Shown here: one piece after another, positions 61,460-64,000 of the stretch | Position numbering within the stretch: position 1 is the first letter of the stretch | Layout: each line of letters opens with the position of its first letter | Source: Camelus dromedarius | Taxonomy: Eukaryota | Assembly: GCF_036321535.1 (NCBI RefSeq) | Contig: NC_087437.1 | Coordinates: 58,220,001-58,284,000, forward strand | Direction of reading: 5' to 3' | DNA: 64,000 nt | Notes under the pieces: generated by a model | The model's database searches: none | Seen by the model: only the letters and a program-made list of their open reading frames with translations | What the model was told of the DNA's origin: nothing | Position numbers and translations under genes: made by a program

Positions 61460-62145
61460 TCCTCCATATTGAATATTCACATTTTCTGTAAAAGGACCAA
61501 CTATTTTATTTCATTTTGGTAACTCATTATGATCCTTAGAAACCAAAGGAGCATAAATTTTAGCATTTTAAATTTCACAGTTCCTATAATTCAGAGGACT
61601 AAGGTGAACTTTATTACTGCAAATCAATTCGATCTCACTTCGCACCACACAGCCTATCTAAAAGCAGACAAACTACCTTGTCCCTCTAGAAGTTTTCCAA
61701 GTCAATACGGGTTAAATAATTGTCAATTCAAGGTTCTGCTCTCCTCTCCTCCTCCTTCAGGGATGGCGTTTGGACTCAAGGAGATGTACACTGCGGGGCA
61801 GGCAGGAGTGATGAAGGTGAGCTCGTGGTCCCTGACAACAGCTCCATGGTGTCTGCTACTAACATAACATATGGTCTGTCTTCTGGATCTTGCCTGGTGA
61901 CAGCTGTGGGAGGAAGAGAATGCAGCCGCCTTCCTTGAGTCTGTGTCGGGAGTGATGCTTAAAAGATTTCAGCTCCACATTTCCCAGCCACTGACTGAAA
62001 TATCACACCCTTTTCAATGTAAGTTTCCTCACTTTTATGGAAATTTTGGGCAGTGAATGGCTCTCACCTTTAGTAAGTTAAATAAATAAATGCCTATCTA
62101 TAGGCATGTAATTTGGGATCTTTTCCTCACTATTTGTGAGTTACC

Positions 62146-62182
62146 TAAATAAATAAATAAATAAATAAACAAATAAATAAAA
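62146..62182. repeat. (TAAA)n microsatellite
   Basis: Direct reading. Confidence 0.9.
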
Positions 62183-64000
62183 AGGGACTATCCGCCAGCA
62201 TCTCCTGTCTATCTTCAGTATTCTCCACTTAACTGCTCTCTCCTAGGGCCAGGCTGTGTGGGGGACTATTGCCAGAAAGGAAATTGTTCTCAAATCTCTC
62301 AGCTGGAAGCTGGTTCTGGGATTCCCCAGATTTTAAGAGTGTTTATCTCTGTGTCACCTGCTCACTATTTTTAATTCCCTATTATTTAAATACCAAGCCT
62401 TCTCCTCAAAAATATGATACCAGAGATTTTTTTTTTAATATATAAAAAAAAAGTAAGGAAAAGTGAGAAAAAATTTGGTTCAGCTGAGTGGGAACTATTA
62501 TCAGATTCTCTAACTTATGCTTAAATTCTTGACTGTTTTACAAACCCCTTCCTCCCAAATTTGATATCTTTGTTCATTAGTCTTCTTTCTCAACCATCAA
62601 AGGGACCCACGTGCTTCAGGGTTCGAAAGAGAGGAGTCATGGAGGAGAAACGCATGCTGATTAGTGCAATTGAAATTTATACTCTGGCCCCAGGTGACAT
62701 TTAAGATGAAACCAAGTAAGATGATTGGTGGAGGTCCTGGTGGTAACAAAGGAGTGCCACAGGATTCAGTTACATGTCAAGAAGGTAAAAGCTTAGCTAG
62801 ATGAATGATGAGTTTTGGCTGCACTTGGGTCTAATTAAGAGAAAATGAGTCTTGTTTTTTGGAACTAAATTGTGTCTCATAGTTAAAAAAGTTAACACAG
62901 TGGAAGCTGTTGATCAGAGAACTAGGACATCATTTTGCATAGACTGTCAGAGCGGATCCTACCTGCACGATGGCAGACTGCACGAGAGGACGTCGTAAAT
63001 TCACTTGGTACTAATAGCGTGCCTAAACTCCTTTCAGAAGAGAGATTGTGCAAAGAGCCCCGAGGGAAGAGATGGCAATGGAAACATCCATCAAATAAGG
63101 AAAGGACGTTTAGAAAATCACTCTTCTTACTCCATTCATCATACTATCAGAGACTGCTGTGTTAATCCATTTACCACCCCTGAGCATGAGCCCAGAGACA
63201 AAGTGCAGGAGCACTCCTGGGGGAGAGCTTTCAACAAAACTTCTGTCGACGCTAATGTGGACAATGGGGATTTTCGCCACATCACATCCGAAGAGCACTG
63301 AGTGCAACTTACACACCAACATGCAGCTGCAGGTAGCTTTCTTTTCAAATATGAGTCATTTCTTAGTTATTTGGCCTAGGGAGCTTTTGTCTTTCCTTTT
63401 CTTTTCTCACAGTACAAATTCTGAGTTGTGAGTAAATGCTGTGGTTTCATCCCTGCCTCTTCAATGGCATATGATCTTGCTAATACTTAAGGCTAAAAAA
63501 CCAAGTATGTTCTTACTTCTCTAAATGCTACTGTAGTTTATTCGCTCTCTGTGTATAAAGGAAGGGATGTTAATTAGAAATGCTGCAGTAACTACAGAAA
63601 AATCTTCAAAATATTACTTTCCTAGCTTTCATAATTGCCCCAAAGAAGAAAAGCAAATGCCAAGTGCTTATTTTGCTATTAAATGTTATCAGTTTCAATA
63701 TTAGTACCTTGATAATGAAAACTATTCCTTTTGTTTTCACAGTGCTTTTTTTTTTGTCTTTTTATAGGCCTTTTGTACCTTTTATCACATTTGACTCATT
63801 TATGCGAATCTTCTGAAAGTTAAATACTTCCCTGTTCGATTAACTAATAGCTCTTTGAAATAATTGAATAAATCTTTTTTTTGTGTGTGGAAAAAATATA
63901 TGAAATTACATGATGGAAATAATTTTTAAGCACATTATACTCTGGTGGTTTCAATGGAGCACAAGCAACAAAAGAAAAAAAATAGATAATTAGATTTCAT

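Noticed and set aside
1..64000. Supplied ORFs as protein-coding genes; prokaryotic systems (operons, CRISPR, defence islands)
   Set aside because: All ORFs are 175 aa or shorter, many start at non-ATG codons or lie in repeats, none resembles a protein I recognise; no repeat-spacer array; the DNA is mammalian

Overview
AT-rich, CpG-depleted eutherian mammalian genomic DNA (intergenic or deep intronic), not prokaryotic. A young L1 3' UTR at 35.0-35.3 kb resembles cetartiodactyl (most like camelid) L1 ends from memory, and I see no Alu, Bov-tA/Bov-A2, PRE-1 or Can-SINE. No recognisable protein-coding gene, RNA gene or CRISPR array; the supplied ORFs look like chance frames or repeat remnants. 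Much of the window is transposon debris: L1/HAL1, L2, MIR, hAT transposons, MaLR/ERVL LTRs, several ERV1 solo LTRs (two MER41-like, one keeping a GAS motif) and a decayed ~5.5 kb ERV1 provirus with a tRNA-His PBS. Best leads: the GAS-bearing LTR, a possible retrocopied 3' end with a (GAAA)n tail, candidate exons on both strands, and motif clusters in unique DNA. Repeat names are by eye and need Dfam/RepeatMasker confirmation. I cannot support a novel biological system.
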